Shown one piece after another: positions 40,060-54,370 of a DNA stretch of 64,000 bases. Position numbers and translations under genes: made by a program. Location of the stretch: positions 79,050,001-79,114,000 of the forward strand of contig NC_043005.1 in NCBI RefSeq assembly GCF_006345805.1. Direction: 5' to 3'. The notes beneath the pieces were generated by a model that saw only the letters and a list, made by a program, of their open reading frames with translations, was not told where the DNA came from and searched no databases. The DNA is from Octopus sinensis (lineage: Eukaryota). The first letter of the stretch is position 1. Each line of letters begins with the position of its first letter.

Positions 40060-40836
40060 CTTTTCTACTCTTTTCTATTCTAAGCACAAAGTCCGAAAAT
40101 TTTGGGGAAGGGGTCAGTCGATTAGATCGACCCCCTGTACGCAACTGGTACTTATCGACCCCGAAAGGATGAAAGGCAAAGTCGATCTCGTTGGATTTAG
40201 AACTCAGAACGTAAAGGCAGACGAAATACGTATTTCTTTACTACCCACAATGGACTAAACACAGAGAGGACAAACAAGGACAGACAAACGGATTAAGTTG
40301 ATTGCTTCGACCCCAGTGCGTAACTGGTAATTAATTTATCGCCCATGAAAGGATGAAAGGCAAAGTCGACCTCGGCGGAATTTGAACTCAGAACGTAGCG
40401 GCAGGCGAAATACCTATTTCTTTACTACCCACAAGGGACTAAACACAGAGAGGACAAACAAGGACAGACAAACGGATTAAGTCGATTACATCGACCCCAG
40501 TGCGTAACTGGTACTTAATTTATCGACCCCGAAGGGATGAAAGGCAAAGTCGACCTCGGCGAAATTTGAACTCAGAACGTAACGGCAGACGAAATATCTA
40601 TTTCTATTTCTTTATTACCCACAAGGGGCTAAATACAGAGGGGACAAACAAGGACACACATAGGTATCAAGTCGATTACATCGACCCCAGTGCGTAACTG
40701 GTACTTAATTTATCGACCCCGAAAGGATGAAAGGCAAAGTCGACCTCGGCGGAATTCGAACTCACAACGTAACGCAGACGAAATACGGCTAAGCATTTCG
40801 CCCGGCATGCTAATGTTTCTGCCAGTTCGCCGCCTT
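40060..40836 (-). mobile_element. SINE family A tetramer (head, three tail-type-1 units, terminal tail-type-2 unit)
   Basis: Junctions at 40223, 40407 and 40591 (period 184 bp); single head ending ~40836. Confidence 0.92.
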
Positions 40837-40904
40837 GATGATTTTGAAATATTGAAAATATGTCACATGCTTGTTGAAAATTGAACCGTTACATCTTTTA
40901 TCTT

Positions 40905-41520
40905 TTATCTTTTACTTGTTTCAGTCACTAGACTACAGCCATGCTGGGACGCCGCCTTGAACTTTTAGTCGAATGAATTGACTCCTGCACTTACTTTTTA
41001 AGCCTTGCTGAACTGCTAAGTTACGGGGGCCTAAAGATACCAGTACCGGTTCTCAAACGGTGATGGTTGTGGTGGTGGTTGGGTGGGGAAAAACACACAA
41101 AGACATACTCACATAGATATATAGGGAGAGTTTACGAAAAAAAAGAAAAGACGAAGACAGGTGGTGTATAAAACAAACAGATATATTAGTATAACGCTCA
41201 GGAATACATATATATACGACGGGCTTCTTTCAGTTTCCGTCTACCAAATCCACTCACAAGGATTTGGTCAGCCTATGTCTATAGGAGAAGACACTTGCCC
41301 AAGGTGACACGCAGTGAGACTGAACCTGAAACCATGTAGCTGGGATGCAAACTTCTTATCAAAGCCACTCCCGCGCCTGTAAAAAAATATCCACTCACAA
41401 GGCTTTGGTCGGCCCGAGGCTAAAGTAGAAGACGCCTGCCCAAGGTGTCACGCATTGGGACTGAACCCAGAACCATTTGGTTGAAAACAAGCTTCTTACC
41501 AAAAAGCGATTCCTGCGCTT
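40905..41520 (-). mobile_element. SINE family B with duplicated head and an unrelated insert in its (TA)n linker
   Basis: Tail at 40905-41100, heads at ~41215-41380 and ~41388-41520; foreign segment ~41122-41205. Confidence 0.8.
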
Positions 41521-41774
41521 GTAAAGAAAAGATATTTTGTCTGAACTGCATTTGGGTGATATTGGATGATTTAATTTCTACTTTGACAGAATTTCGGGCA
41601 ATTTATACGCGACTAATGATAGAGAGGCTTTTGTTAATTTGTCTCTTATAATTACTAACTATTATGACGTGCTTGTACATGTCGGGTGTGAAATAGTATT
41701 ACCCAAATAAACATTTGTATGTGGTTATCTGAGCGAACTCTCTCCGTACTACTCGAACGCAGGTACAATATTAA

Positions 41775-42693
41775 CCCATTGACAACCATGAGCCCCATTT
41801 GGGGATCTACTAAAAACAGTCTTACATCCGGTTGCTCGTTGTATTTAAAGTGAATTACTTATGCACACTGCATTTGCAGAGGTGTGTTTAACAATATTTA
41901 GTAGTTAAATTTTGTCATTGTTAACACTGGCTAAATCAAGGGGGAATTTTATGTCATAAATCGCAAGTTGTGAACCACAAAAATATTGACTGTTTTGAAA
42001 ACGTTTTTCTTTTTGTTTTTTCGCATTTTCTCATCTATATCATTCATTGATATTTTATACATATTCGCATTTCATACTATACTTTGAAGAAAAAAAAAAT
42101 TATTATTGCAACTGAACAGAAAAGAATACATATGCTTTTGTTCAGTGATCTCCATTTGGAACTTTACGAAAAATTTATCATAACTTTCAAAATAATTCAT
42201 ATATGAAGAAAATTTAAATACTATATAATATTTTAACTCCAAAGGAAGGAAGCACTCCGTAGGTTACGACGACGAGGGTTCCGGTTGATCCGAATCAACG
42301 GAACAGCCTGCTCGTGAAATTAACGTGTAAGTGGCTGAGCACTCCACAGACACGTGTACCCTTAACGTAGTTCTCGGGGATATTCAGCGTGACACAGAGA
42401 GTGACAAGACCGGCCCTTTGAAATACAGGTACAACAGAAACAGGAAGTAAGAGTGAGAGAAAGTTGTGGTGAAAGAGTACAGGAGGGATCACCACCATCC
42501 CCTGCCGGAGCCTCGTGGAGCTTTAGGTGTTTTCGCTCAATAAACACTCACAACGCCCGGTCTGGGAATCGAAACCGCGATCTTATGACCGCGAGTCCGC
42601 TGCCCTAACCACTGGGCCATTGCGCCTCGTTTAACTCCTAAGACACTTGGCAAAGCCAAAGAAATATGAAGAAAAAATTTGTCAGTTAATGGG
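41775..42693. mobile_element. piggyBac-like MITE carrying a SINE insertion
   Basis: TTAA|CCCATTGAC at 41771-41783 and GTTAATGGG|TTAA at 42685-42697. Confidence 0.6.
42241..42629 (-). mobile_element. Full-length SINE family C with 9-bp target site duplication
   Basis: TTTAACTCC at 42232-42240 and 42630-42638; tRNA-like head with A box TGGCCCAGTGG and B box GTTTCGATTCC on the minus strand. Confidence 0.93.
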
Positions 42694-43175
42694 TTAAACG
42701 AACACTCGTCGCACTCACACACTAACCAATACGCTCGACCAACAATGTCAACTGCCCATACAGTTCACACAATTCTTCATTGAAATCCGTTCGTCCACTT
42801 TCAGTCACGCGGTAAGGGGTACAAAATTCTCCCATAACATTTCCCCATTTTGAAGATTAAAGTTCCACAACACCAACACAGCTTCTCTTAGAACATTACA
42901 TTTTCTTACCTTGTTGCTGGTTCTCTTGATCTGTTTACGATTTTACTCCTTTTCTTCATAAAACCACTGTAATGGGGCCATGCTGGAGCACCGCCTTGAA
43001 GTCGAAACAATTAAGCCCGGTACTGATAAAACAGGTACTTACACTATACAACACTTTTGCCGAACTACTAAGTTACAAGAATGTAAACACACGAACAGTG
43101 GTTGTCAAACTGCGACAGTGGCCAGACACAAAGGCACCACATACGCACTCAAACACGCACATGGACGTAAATATA

Positions 43176-43207
<32 letters not shown>

Positions 43208-43540
43208 CATGTATATGTATATATGTATATTTTTTGACTATTTATTAAAATTTTATGTATTGATTAAGTCTTTCCTTGTTTGTTTTGCAAAATAGTGGTT
43301 TTGTCTCTAATAATATTATATAATATTTTACTATAAAATTGGATTTAATCCTAAATCTGATTTTTTCCCTGTAAATTTGGATTTATTCCCTAATATTTAT
43401 TATGTATATATATATGTATATATAAATACATGTATATATATATGTATATATATATACATATATATATGTATATATATGTACATATATGTGTGTATATATA
43501 TATGTATATATATGTATGTATATATATATGTAAATATATA

Positions 43541-44499
43541 TCTTCTTCTTCTTAAACCTTTTTGCCCCTTGTGGAGCATAGGGCCTCAATAGTTATTTTC
43601 CACATTTTACAGTCATTAGCGTGTTTCTTGATTGCTTCCCATGTCAGGCCGGTGGTCCTGAGCTCGTCCAAAATGCTCCGCTTCCATGTCTGCTTCGGGC
43701 ATCCTCGCTTCATTTTCCTCCTGCGGGTTCCAGTCAAGTGCTTGTCGTGTCACAGTTGAGGGTTCTTTCTGCAGTGCGTGTCAGATCCATCTCCATTTCC
43801 TTCGTCTAATCTGAACAGGTATGTGCTCCTGGCTGGCCCTTTCCCACAGGTCGATGTTTGGCACTCTGTCGAACCACTTCAGATTGAGGATCTGCCGGAG
43901 ACATTTGTTGATGATGGCCTGAATCTTCTTGAAGTTGCTGCAGGTGGCTTTCCATGCTTCAGAGCCATCTAAAAACACTAAATAAGCGACTTCCATACTG
44001 GCCGAAGAATAGCGAAGGTTTGCCAGGCCTTCTTGCTTCTAATCCACCTGATTAGCTGATCTTGCTGCCAAGACAGACAAACTCACTAACGTCTTCCACA
44101 AGTGCTCCCTCGATTGTGGTTGGCTCTTCCTGCTTGTTGTTGATACGCAGTACTTTTGTCTTTTCCTGGCTGATCTTCAAGCTCACTCGCCGTGAAATTT
44201 CTGTCAGGTGGTCTACCTTATCTTGCATGTCTTGCAGGCGATGTGACAGCAGCGCGAGATCATCTGCGTAGTCCAAGTCCTCCAGCTTATTCATCAGTGT
44301 CCACTGAATACCTTTCCCGGATGTAGCGTAGGCCGTCCTGGTGACCCAGTCCAGCACGACGAGTAACAGGAGCAGTGGCAACAAACAGCCCTGTCTGACT
44401 CCCGTGCTGACCCTGAATTCCTCCGACAATCTCCCAGCATGGATGACCTGGCAAGAAAATTCCTCGTAGAGTAATCGAATAATGTTCACGATCTTCTCT

Positions 44500-44503
<4 letters not shown>
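43541..44503 (-). pseudogene. 5'-truncated RTE-clade LINE, reverse transcriptase C-terminal half
   Basis: [66 protein letters not shown]-stop followed by a (GAA)n tail; internal deletions and stops. Confidence 0.93.
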
Positions 44504-44549
<46 letters not shown>

Positions 44550-44551
<2 letters not shown>

Positions 44552-44870
44552 ACAAGCTTTTTTCAGTTTTCGTCTAGCAAATCCACTCACAAGTTTTTGG
44601 TCGGTCCCAGGCTATAGTAGCAGACACTTGCCTAAGATGCCATGCAGTGGGGTTGAACCCAGAATCATATGGCTGGGAAGCAAACTTCATACTTCACAGC
44701 TACGCCTGCTCTTATAGGACTATATATAGGGAGTTCCCCACAGTCTCCCCTTACCAATTTCTCTCATAAAGCATTCGTTATAATGCAGGACCCTTGCTCA
44801 AGGGGTCGCGCAGTGGGATTGAAACTAAAGCAAAATAGGTGAAGCGAACTTCTTAACCACATAGCCATAG
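44550..44870 (-). mobile_element. SINE family B head copies
   Basis: ttcagttttcgtcta.caaatccactcacaag...agacacttgcc.aag.tgcca.gcagtggg. Confidence 0.8.
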
Positions 44871-45225
44871 CTAGGAGAAACGTTGTTGATATAACTTCTG
44901 CACGACAGTAGGCGTTTTGAAGATTTATTTCTAATTCTATGGAATCGGTGAAACATCTTTCCGTTTTCTTCTAACGGAACATCTCTGTTCACTATCGAAA
45001 AAGCCTTACGGATAAATATGGTTATTACGTATAAAAGTTGCTTCGGTAAAATGTCATTTACAGAACTAAAAATAGGATACAAATTTGAAGACAGAATCAA
45101 CACGGCTGACATTCAATGAAACAGTTTTCACTTATTGCTATTGTTAGCACCTTCCGAGAGAAATGAGATATATTATGTCATAGTATTAATAAAATTGTTC
45201 TAACCAAATATTCTTTTTAAAAAGT

Positions 45226-45402
45226 ACGAGCTGACAGAAACGTTAGCACGCCGTGCGAAATGCTTAGATGTATTTCATCTGTCTTTATGTTCTGAGTTCA
45301 AATTCCGCCGAGGTCGATTACCAGTTGCGTCCTGGGGTCGATCTAATCGACTAGCTTCCTCCACAAAAATTTCTGGCCTTGTGCCTAGAGTAGAAAAGAA
45401 TA
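45226..45402 (+). mobile_element. SINE family A, internally deleted, type-2 tail
   Basis: cgagctgacagaaacgttagcacgcc head to gccttgtgcctagagtagaaaagaatatt. Confidence 0.85.
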
Positions 45403-45599
45403 TTTACAATTCTGTTAATCTGTAATATTCGAACTTCTGTTAATCTGTAAAAAAACAACGATCGAGTAAAGAGAATGCATAGTTTATCATTCCTTGTCCA
45501 CACTATGTTTATTAATTTTATTGTTGTTATCTTCTTTTTGGTAAACAACGATATGGTTGGTTAGAAGTTTTAATAGGTCAATTATTGATTTGCAGCATT

Positions 45600-46410
45600 C
45601 GTAAACCATGCTGTGCATGCACACTAAGTTATAATATTCTGGCTCACTTTTGCTATTTGCTTGGAAGAACGTGCTTCGCATATGTTTGTCGCATTGACCA
45701 CAATAGAGAAAGTTGTCATGGCGATATCTGCTCAGAGGCCTTCGCAAATTTGCAGAAAGTGTATAGAGAGGAGTGTATGAGATGCACACAAGTGTACGAC
45801 TGGTTCAGACGTTTTCAAGGGGCCCGAAAAAATATCGACATTGACGAGCGTTCTCGGAGACCCGCAACAAGCAGCACAGAAAAACTTCGCAGATGTGCGT
45901 GCAACTGTGAGGGGAAATCGTCGAATCACTATCCGTGAGCTATCAGTGAATCGGCAGATTAGTTACCATTCAGTTCAGTCCATTATCACTGAAGGTTTGG
46001 GTGTGAGGTAAGTCTTTGCTTAGTTTGTGCCCAAACTGCTTTCAGCTGACCAAAAAGACGCTGGGATTTAAGTTGTACAAGATTTCCTTGATTGTGTCAC
46101 TAACAGTGAAAACTTTTTGAAAACTTTTCGTAGGCCTTTGAGCAGGTATCACCAATATCTCTGAACAGGTATGGCAAAATTTGATGCAGATTCTCTGCTC
46201 AACTTTCTCTGTTGGGGTCAATGCAATGGCCACACGCTACACACGCCCCTTCCGGGCACTTCTGTAAACAGAAGTGATCTAGAACGTTAAAACTTCATAC
46301 CCATGGATAGCAGAGTTCATAGGTCGATCTGTGCCACACGACTGTACTCTGCGTGCTTTAGCCTCGTCACTATGGAAACAGTCCGGATACTTATTGATCA
46401 GTCTGCGGAA
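45600..46410. mobile_element. mariner-derived element made of two inverted 5' ends
   Basis: Plus strand EAFANLQKVYREECMRCTQVYDWFRRFQ..IDIDERSRRP (mariner HTH) and FVPKLL; minus strand TEKVEQRICIKFC; TIR-like cagtccggatacttattgatcag at 46379-46401. Confidence 0.82.
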
Positions 46411-47534
46411 AGACTTGACTCTGTTCACTTGTGAGTCTCAACAAAAGGATTTACACTTTCTTCTGGTTACATATCCGAAACATTTCCTTACTTACTTATA
46501 CACCGTACTTTTACTTTGTTTTTGATGCTTGACGCAGATGTGCTTGAGTTTTGCCCAAGGTGTGTAGCTACATGTCAACCTATATTCTGTCTTTAGGAAG
46601 AAGTAGAAAGATGGCAGAAATGAGTTGGTTGAGTGTTTCTCTTTGCCTTTAGCAGAGTCTGCCGTTGACGTTCACCATTGTTTTGTGATTAAATTTGCGT
46701 AGTGTTCTTTTTTTAGATATTCTTGGCTTAGAAATCCAACGTGTACAGCTAAATTTTAACCTATCTGCCTCAAGGTAAAAACATGTTGTTACTTTTATAT
46801 TGCCTGAAATTCATATCGCTTCAGTCTTGCAGTATTTGACCACGGTTTAGTTTTATGTCTATTATTCTATATTATCAACAGCGATCTCTTTAGATTTAAT
46901 CATACATTTTATTAATGTTTTGACTTGTATTTAATATGCTTCCGGGGTACATCCAGTGTCACTACAACCTGCACAAAATATACAATAAGCTTAGCGTGTT
47001 GGTGAGTTAATTTTTATACGGTAACAATGCAATACTTGGAGAGATTTGCACTGTCATACAAATGTTCTATTATTGGATAAATTTGTGGTTAAATCTCCAT
47101 AACGAGCTGAAAAATTTATTAAAGACTAACATTGGTGTTTTCAACTCTAGTGTAATGTGATGTGATCTATTTCTCAATATTTCTTCAAGAAATCTTATAT
47201 TTGCAAGCAGAAAGTTTAAACTCATATGGATCGTTAATCTACAAACAAATAATGATGGCTCTAAATTTTGGCACACGGTCAGCAGTTTTGAGAGGGGGTG
47301 GGGAAATTGATTGTATCGACCCCCCCCCTACTGATCGTCTGGTAGATATTTTATCGACACTGAAAGAATGTAAGGTTGAGTCGAATTGGGTGAAATTTAA
47401 ATTAAGACTTTCATCAGGACAAAATGCCGCTGAGGACGATTCTGCCAGCTTACCGTCTCGAAATAGATAATATTTATCTACCTAAGGTGGTATTGAGGAC
47501 ACATCCTCACTCTCTGCTCTACTGTGCCTGTATA

Positions 47535-47720
47535 CGCGGGTAGGCTGAAAACTTCCTGGTTTCGGGTAAAAGCAAATACTGGAGGATGAGTTAATTGTGA
47601 TTTTATTCAACATATTCCCCTCTCAGATTCACAAACATATTGCAGCGGTCCTTCAGTTTTTCTAAGCCTTGTAAAAAAATACGAAAGGTTGGGCTTCCAG
47701 ACAGGCCTTTTGCTATACAC
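47535..47720 (-). mobile_element. mariner 3' end fragment
   Basis: Reverse translation QGLEKLKDRCNMFVNLRGEYVE-stop, the typical mariner C-terminus, followed by a TIR-like end and TA. Confidence 0.8.
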
Positions 47721-47859
47721 TTAAATCCAGGAATTTTCCTGCCCCGCATCTGTTACAAACACACTCAGATACATCCATATATGTATATGTATTATGTGTA
47801 TATATACAATATATATATATATATATATATGTATGAAAATACATATATGTGTATGTATG

Positions 47860-47891
<32 letters not shown>

Positions 47892-48480
47892 ATATTATAT
47901 AATATATATATATTATATATATAATATATATTATATATATATATATATATACGTATACATACCCGCACACGAGCGTGTGTGCATGTATATTTGCGTACGT
48001 GCACAGAAACACACAGATCTATATATAACTGTACACACATATACACGTAAAACAGGAACAAGAAAAGAATAATTCGCATCACAAAAACAACCGTACCAGA
48101 AAAAAATGCACAAAATCTTATAAAACACCCTCTATCAAGACTATAACTCATTAATTATTAGAAAGGAAATTATGAAATATTGTACACACGTAAATGATCA
48201 GAGAAGCCATTTTCCTTCTTAGAAATATTTATTAGCTTCTATTAGCGTTTTCAAAATTATTTGTTTTTTTTATTATAAATCACATAAATAGCAGTAACAG
48301 TTTAATTTAAACAAATAGCAAAAAATACATTGGTGTATTTTACATGAAATCCTTAAGCTATTATATATTATATTTTAGGAATGCAAATATTTCTTCCTTA
48401 CCTATAATTTGCTTTCAGCTTTTTGTTTCTATTGGTATTTATTGAACAGCTATTTTGCTGTCTCACATAAAAATATTGGG

Positions 48481-48560
<80 letters not shown>

Positions 48561-48600
48561 GTCTGACTGTCTTCTGTTTGTCTATCTATCTTTCTGCCTG

Positions 48601-48641
<41 letters not shown>

Positions 48642-48723
48642 ATCTATCTATCTGTGTCTATCTGTCTGTCTGACTGTACGTCTGTCTATCTTTCTTCTGT
48701 CTGTCTATCTATCTTTCTGCCTG

Positions 48724-48788
<65 letters not shown>

Positions 48789-48823
48789 GTATCTATCTAT
48801 GTATCTATCTATCTATCTATCTA

Positions 48824-48861
<38 letters not shown>

Positions 48862-48915
48862 AATCTATCTATCTCTCTATATATATATCTATCTCTATAT
48901 ATCTCTCTATATATA
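48481..48915. repeat. (TATC)n/(TGTC)n microsatellite with an internally duplicated variant block
   Basis: tcttctgt.tgtctatctatctttctgcctgattatc occurs at ~48570 and ~48692. Confidence 0.92.
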
Positions 48916-49529
48916 CCATACGTACGTATACATAACGACCATGCTACCAACACATGCAAATACTCTCCTGCATTGACATAGACAACTGCTCACATATACG
49001 GAAATATTTGTTTGTGAGTGTCTTGAACGGCGACTAAAAATGTTTGAGAGAATTGCTTTCACTGCGACCGCGTAAAACTCTCACTAGTAACGATTACCCA
49101 AAGGGACCCATGGATTGGATAGTTGGAGGGTTGTCGCATGGGTAGTGCAAACGTGTCATCCGCCAGGAGTAGGGAATCAAAGCTCTGTTACAGTATGCCC
49201 CCACGCTACTACTATTACAAACATTTTTCAAGAATGGATTGATGTAATGGTATTTGGTCAACGGTCTTAGAAAGCGTAAATATTGGTCTCAAATTTTGGC
49301 GCAACTCCAGCAATGTCGGTGGAGAGTATTACATCGACTCCAGTGTTTAAGTGGTACTCATTTAATTAACCCCGAAAGTATGAAAGGCAATGCAAACCTC
49401 GGCGGATTTTGAACTTAGAACGTGAAGTCGGATAAAATATCGTTAAGATGTCATATCGCCCGGCGTGCTAACGATTATACTGCCCCACCCCGGTTTTTAT
49501 ACGGCATACATATTAAAATTGTAATCGAG

Positions 49530-50265
49530 AAGTTAGCTGTCATGGCAGACTGGAAGCCATCTGAAAAATTGGAAAAAAGGAATTACCTGTATGATGATAG
49601 TTCCCACCAGGTGTCAAAATCCATACATCATGGCTGATGCTGAATGCTCTGTGCACTACATAAAAGCCGTGGCATGGAGAATTGTGAGATGGAGAGCTGC
49701 TAGGGGGACGACGACAAAACTGTCGAAGTGTAGGTGTGCTGACTGCGTCCACACGCCGACATACTTCCAACAACTGACGAACTAAACCTTAGGTTCAATT
49801 CAGATGTTTGTGGGGAGCTGTCGGAGACTGTGGTCAAAACTGGTTGGAGACGGTTGCTGATAGAAGCCCGTATATGCGCCGGCAGAATTTAACCCTTTAC
49901 CATACCTCCAGAAAGAGTAAGAAGTGGTTGTCGGTGAATGTATACGACTTCACCAACCCCAATTTCTGGCATCTTAATTTCTCCGATTGTAATCGCATGG
50001 ATGACTATCTATTGGGTGCGGTTGAGAAAGGCAACAACCACACTGACTGCAACACCAAGACATACCTGGTGGCCAAGGTGATCGAAAATCTTCCCCGTGA
50101 GGAACGCATGCAACTGGTTCCGGATGCGTCTTGAGGCTGTGGTGGAAACTGATGCGCTACTTCGAGTAAACTGTTATTTCGAAGCCTTAATCTATTTGAT
50201 ACTCTGATTTTTTAAAGGGAAAACTTTTATTTTGAGTATGACAAATCTAGTTCAAACACTCACCA
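49530..50265 (+). pseudogene. maT/DD37D-like Tc1/mariner fragment, same family as 39242-39890
   Basis: WLETVADRSPYMRRQ..YHTSRKSKKWLSVNVYDFTNPNFWHLNFSDCNRMDDYLLGAVEK resembles PYVWQQD..PCHTS...WPPxSPDCNPxDYxVW. Confidence 0.75.
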
Positions 50266-50817
50266 TATATCTGTAAGTGTGTTTGTGTTTGTGTTTGTCC
50301 GCATTACTGCTTGACAGCCGGTGTTGGTTTGCTTACATTCCCGTAATTGGCGCTTCGGAAAATAATATATATGAATGTATGTATGTATGTATGTATGTAT
50401 CTATCTATGTATATAAATCTAAATTATATATATGTACCTATATATGTAAACATATGTATATATGTGCATATACAAATGTCCGTGTTAATGCGTGTTCACA
50501 CACACGTACACACATAATCATAATCACACACGCATACGCACACATATACTTACTCACTCTCACACGCCCGCGCGCACGCGCACACACGCACAACAAGCTC
50601 ATATATATATATATATGTACATACACATCATATATATATATGATGTGTGTGGATGTATTTACATATGGCTCATCGCTTTTCACTTTCGTTGAACATCTGC
50701 TTGTCTGTGTGCCGTTCTCTGTCTACCTCCCTATTTTCCTCCCCCTCTTGTTGTTTCTATATATATATATAATATATATATATATATACACACTCAAACA
50801 CACACACACACACACAT

Positions 50818-50855
<38 letters not shown>

Positions 50856-52485
50856 GAATGAATGTTTTTATATATAATGAACGTGAAATACAGGAAGGGA
50901 CGAACACGGAACACAGACAAATCATTCGAAGCCTTCAATCTTCAGTCAGACACCGAATCATCATAGCAAATTTCGGCTGTTTAATTCTGATATTTGCTCC
51001 AACTCGGCCAGCCCCAAGAAAAAAAACTAAGCTGTAAGCATTAGATTTCTTGGTAGAAGACAGGAATGTGAACGCACAAGACGGATGTGAATACAAGAGA
51101 CGAAAACGAAATTGAAAACAGTAATGAATAAACAAAATATATATAACGGTGGTTGTCATACGACTTTAGACCTACACAAACATGCATATCCACGTCGACA
51201 CATCCATATATGTGTGTACATGTTTGTGTGTTTGTATTAGCGTTTCGGCATGTGTGTATATATCTACCCTTCTCGAACATCCCTATCTATCCATCTAATA
51301 TGGTATCATCAATCCATTAAATACTTCCTGAATACATTAAACGTAGAACCGAATAAAAATTGTATTATACGTTATCATGAATTATTCATCTGCTCGTTCT
51401 TGCTGATATGCAAGGAGTTGTGTAATGTGGAACGATATAGAAATATGATAGCAGAATATAAAGAGAAAAATTTGATGCAAGACAAATTGAAACAAGTAGG
51501 GATATAGTGATAATAATAGTGATAATGATATCAATAATAATTATCAGTAAAATATTTCTCTTTATATTTGTTCGTATTTTGTAACGTTTCTTTCCAAAAA
51601 TTTTTCTTCTTTTTCTTGTGTGATTATTTTCCGTTTTTCGCATTTTATTTGACTTTGATAAACGAGACAAGGTGAGTTTAGTTAACTTCATGAAATAATT
51701 CAATTTTTGAAGAATTTCAGATGAATTTTCGTTCTTTTTTTTTTCTTTCTGAATCAAATTTCTCTTGATTTCTTTTATAATTTTGGAATATTTACGTTTC
51801 TATTAGCAATCAAAGCGGATAATGTATCTTCCATTATACTGGATGCGCTGGTTAGTTTGAGTAAGAAAGGAAGAAGGAATAAAGTAAAGTATATATAAGA
51901 ATAATTATGACTGAAACGTGTACTGTACCGAAAGAATAATAGAGAGAAAAGATTGAATAATATAGGAAAATGAAAGAGAGGGATTAATGTGTGTACATTA
52001 ATTTCTCTTTCATCAGTGTATCTGTGCTTGTGTATATATGCATAAGTATATGTAGATGTGTATGTATGTGTGTGTGTGTATGTTGGTGTGTGGTTGTAGA
52101 TAGTTACAATGATTGATTATAGATATGCTTATATGAATATATTTGTACATTTACACGTATAAACAAATATATGCATATATATGCATGTATGTATATATAT
52201 ATAAGTGTGTGTGTGTTTGTATTTTATACCTCTCCATACATACGTACAAATATATATATACATATATATGTGTATGGATGTATATATGAGTGCGTGTATT
52301 TACGTGTGTGTAAAGTTTCATTCGTACATACGTATATATATATATATATATATATATATAATGCATACATATGTGTGTGTGTGTTTATAATAAGCATACA
52401 TACGTTAATAAATATATCCATATATATGCATTTATATATAATCACACACATGTACATAAAAACCAGTGCATATGTATACACATAC

Positions 52486-52554
<69 letters not shown>

Positions 52555-53524
52555 CATTATATAAGGAAGAACAGTCAGAAAGAGAGAGTATGGGGAGAGA
52601 GAATGAGGGAGGGAGAGAGAAAGAAAAGGAAAGGGTGGGGAAAGAATAGAGTTGTGGAAAGACAGATGTTGAAAGAAAATATAATGGTTTGTTAAAAGTA
52701 TGAGTGATAGAGATGTAGAGGCATAATAAATTAATTGAGAAAATATCAATAGAAAAATGACGATAATATATATCATATCGAGATGGATGGTGGTGGATGG
52801 AAGGCCTAAAGGACTTCAATTCTTATCTTCAATTTGAAATAAGTATTTCGTTTTAAAGTCTGAAAACAGAGATTTCACATTTAAGATAAGAAAAAAAAAA
52901 GCAAAGAAATAAACAAGCAAGAAATAATAATAATAATAATAAATAAAACACTGTGTTGTAGATGTCTAAGACAAACGAAAGTGAAGATTTAATGAATTGT
53001 CTTGAATTTAAATAGTCTCATTATATATATAGATGGAATTGAGTGTGAAAGATACTTCAGAGAAGAAACTGAGATATTTCAATTGTGAAGTTCAATGTTG
53101 TGCGAAGGAGCTTTCATAGATGATCCTATAGTGGAGAGAAAGAAAATATTTACACACGTGGGCTGACGTTCATTAAACAGCTATTTAGCTTAATTGTTAA
53201 TTATTGAGTGCGTCTTTCTTTTTTTGTCGCCCTCCATCTCTTATTTATTTCATTTAGATTTATTTCTTGGTGTTATTTTTACTTATTGATCGATTTTGCA
53301 GCTTATTTTTATTTGAAATTTTATTTCATACTCAAGAAGATAACTTACGTCAAAGATTTTAGGGAATATTTCCTATATATATATATTTTTTCTTTTGCTG
53401 GTGTTATATTCAATGTTTCGACTAATATTAACGACATATAAAAATACACACACATATATATACATACACAATACCTTTCTATTTATCTATCTATCTATCT
53501 ATCCCTTTCGATATATATTTATAA

Positions 53525-53565
<41 letters not shown>

Positions 53566-53573
53566 GTATGTAT

Positions 53574-53605
<32 letters not shown>

Positions 53606-53613
53606 ACACGCAC

Positions 53614-53646
<33 letters not shown>

Positions 53647-54247
53647 GATACACATATATGTGTGTGTGTATATATGTGCGTACGTGAGTCTGTGTGTGTG
53701 CGTTTGTGTGCGTGCGTACGTGTCTGCCTTTGTGCGTGTGTGTGTATGTGTGTGTGTGTTTGTGTGCGTGTGTGCGAGTGTGTGTTTGCCTCTGTGTGAC
53801 TGTGTGTCTGAGTACGTGTGCGCATGAGTGCTCGAATATCAAACATTATTTTAAATAATTTAGAAAACACAGCCTGAAGACGCTGCTTTGTCCTCTACAT
53901 ACATGACAAAAATTAAAACCTTTAAATATGTGTCAAAAATACACAACACCCCTAAAACAAGCGAGTTGTAAAATTCCACTTAGGTATACATTACTAAATA
54001 TAAAGAAAAAAAATATCAATATAAAATAGCTGAGGTTAAATAAATATCATTCGAGAAGGATTTATTTCTTGGTTATTTATGAACGTTCATTAGAAATGCA
54101 GGAAATTGTGATCAAATATGTTTGCTTTTATGGATGAAAACGAAATTTCTAGACTGTTGTACAGATTGCTTCTATTAAAATGATTTATATATTTATACAT
54201 TTATATATGTACAACTATATACATTTATAAATATATATATACATCTA

Positions 54248-54322
<75 letters not shown>

Positions 54323-54323
54323 G

Positions 54324-54370
<47 letters not shown>

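Noticed and set aside
42555-42629. Possible tRNA gene
   Set aside because: A and B boxes are present but it continues into a SINE body with a TSD, without a proper acceptor stem or T-run terminator.
50915-50960. CTGAAGA...GAAT hammerhead-like motif on the minus strand (also CTGAGGA at ~63076)
   Set aside because: No GAAA box and no viable stem II loop or stem I.
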